From Nanobdellota archaeon (GTDB lineage Archaea; Nanobdellota; Nanobdellia; SCGC-AAA011-G17; JAFCDX01): 64,000 bases of DNA. The DNA is taken from the NCBI GenBank assembly GCA_040753775.1, contig JBFMDT010000002.1:11955-75954 (forward strand). Reading direction: 5' to 3'. The notes beneath the pieces are model-generated. The model searched no databases. It saw only the letters and a list, made by a program, of their open reading frames with translations, and had not been told where the DNA came from. The position numbers and the translations under genes are program-made. This document shows positions 63,177 to 64,000 of the stretch, in pieces. How positions within the stretch are numbered: the stretch's first letter is position 1; every line of letters starts with the position of its first letter.

Positions 63177-63197
63177 AAATATATCCTAATAACAATA

Positions 63198-63205
63198 TTT
63201 AAATA
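63198..63205 (+). promoter_or_regulatory. TATA box (TTTAAATA)
   Basis: 29 nt upstream of ATG 63227. Confidence 0.4.
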
Positions 63206-63226
63206 TCTTTTTGTTGATGTTATATT

Positions 63227-64000
63227 ATGGTAGAAGCAAGGCCGATAATAGCCATCTTCAAGTTAATAACAAATCCACTTAGCTATCTAAGATTCATATT
63301 CTTCATTTTTGCAGTATATGCATGCTACAGGTCTTATAAAACCTACAAGAAAACAAAGCAAAGCTCAGCCCTTTTCATGTTTTTTTTGGTTCTTTTGTTC
63401 ACTCTTAATTTGATTTCCCAGGCTTTGGATATAGAGCAGTTCATTATGCTTACAAGGCAATTCAGGTTAAATCTAATATTGTCCTTTTTACCAATCATTA
63501 CCTTTCTTGCATTTGATTATGTGCAGAGAAAGCGCCATAAGGCAGAATTGCAGCATGAAAAAGTAAGGAACATGTTCAAGCGCTATGTTAATCCATATAT
63601 CGTTGATGAGTTGGTCAAGAAAGAGGACTTAAAGCTTGAGGGAAAAAGACAGAATGTAAGCGTATTGTTTGTAGATATCCGTGGGTTTACTCCACTTGCT
63701 GAAAGGTTAACAGCAGAAAAAGTTGTATCATTGCTTAACAAATATTTCAAGGCTGTTACTAATGCCATATTCAAATACAATGGAACAGTGGATAAATTTA
63801 TAGGAGATGCAGTTATGGCTTTCTACAATGCTCCTTTGCAGCAGAAAGACCATGCAGACAGGGCAGTAAGGTCAGCAATAGAAATCCAGAAGGAAATTGA
63901 AAAATTAAATAAGTTTTTATCAAAGGACAAACTTAAAATTAACATTGGTATAGGAATTAATACAGGAGAGGCAGTTATAGGCAATGTTGGAACAGAGCAG
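63227..64000 (+). CDS. Membrane-anchored class III adenylate/guanylate cyclase (3' end beyond the window)
   Basis: Not in the ORF track because it runs off the window. Hand translation gives 4 hydrophobic helices, then VSVLFVDIRGFTPLAE...GTVDKFIGDAVMAFYNAP...GINTGEAVIGNVG, the CYCc pattern. Confidence 0.8.
   Translation, partial: MVEARPIIAIFKLITNPLSYLRFIFFIFAVYACYRSYKTYKKTKQSSALFMFFLVLLFTLNLISQALDIEQFIMLTRQFRLNLILSFLPIITFLAFDYVQRKRHKAELQHEKVRNMFKRYVNPYIVDELVKKEDLKLEGKRQNVSVLFVDIRGFTPLAERLTAEKVVSLLNKYFKAVTNAIFKYNGTVDKFIGDAVMAFYNAPLQQKDHADRAVRSAIEIQKEIEKLNKFLSKDKLKINIGIGINTGEAVIGNVGTEQ

Noticed and set aside
1-64000. CRISPR arrays, rRNA genes, diversity-generating retroelement (reverse transcriptase with template/variable repeats)
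   Set aside because: No regularly spaced direct repeats, no rRNA-like conserved stretches and no YxDD reverse-transcriptase ORF were found. The only sizeable internal repeat is the diverged PKD-domain duplication at 56194-56657.

Overview
AT-rich, gene-dense 64-kb window (about 75 CDS, 5 tRNAs; no rRNA or CRISPR array seen). The gene content is clearly archaeal: Kae1, Taw1/TYW1, archease, RtcA, RtcB, ribosomal proteins L10e and L35Ae, archaeal-type TrpRS and PheRS alpha/beta, PdaD, SMC, RNase HII. The compact, intron-rich layout suggests a small-genome (DPANN-like) archaeon, which is inference only. Most genes have an AAAnnTTTATATA-type BRE/TATA element about 27-33 nt before the ATG, implying leaderless mRNAs. 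Main second-look items:
- All five tRNA genes contain introns (six in total, two at non-canonical positions with hand-foldable bulge-helix-bulge motifs). One is a genomically encoded tRNA-Ile(UAU).
- A bacterial-style nrdR-dut-nrdJ operon carries two tandem NrdR-box palindromes. It sits next to a double-length, motif-divergent ThyX homologue.
- A very AT-rich LAGLIDADG-like ORF is wedged between pheS and pheT.
- A low-GC mobilome/defence islet holds an IS6-like transposase, a zinc ribbon, a wHTH-PD-(D/E)xK protein and an MvaI/BcnI-type R-M pair.
- A three-gene exported surface module includes a protein whose C-terminus looks like a porin-type amphipathic beta-barrel.
- PAS-HD-GYP and class III cyclase signalling genes are present.
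- A tightly coupled GTPase/Zn-ribbon/HTH/PIN-like operon has no known function.
All family assignments come from motif recognition by eye; no searches were run.
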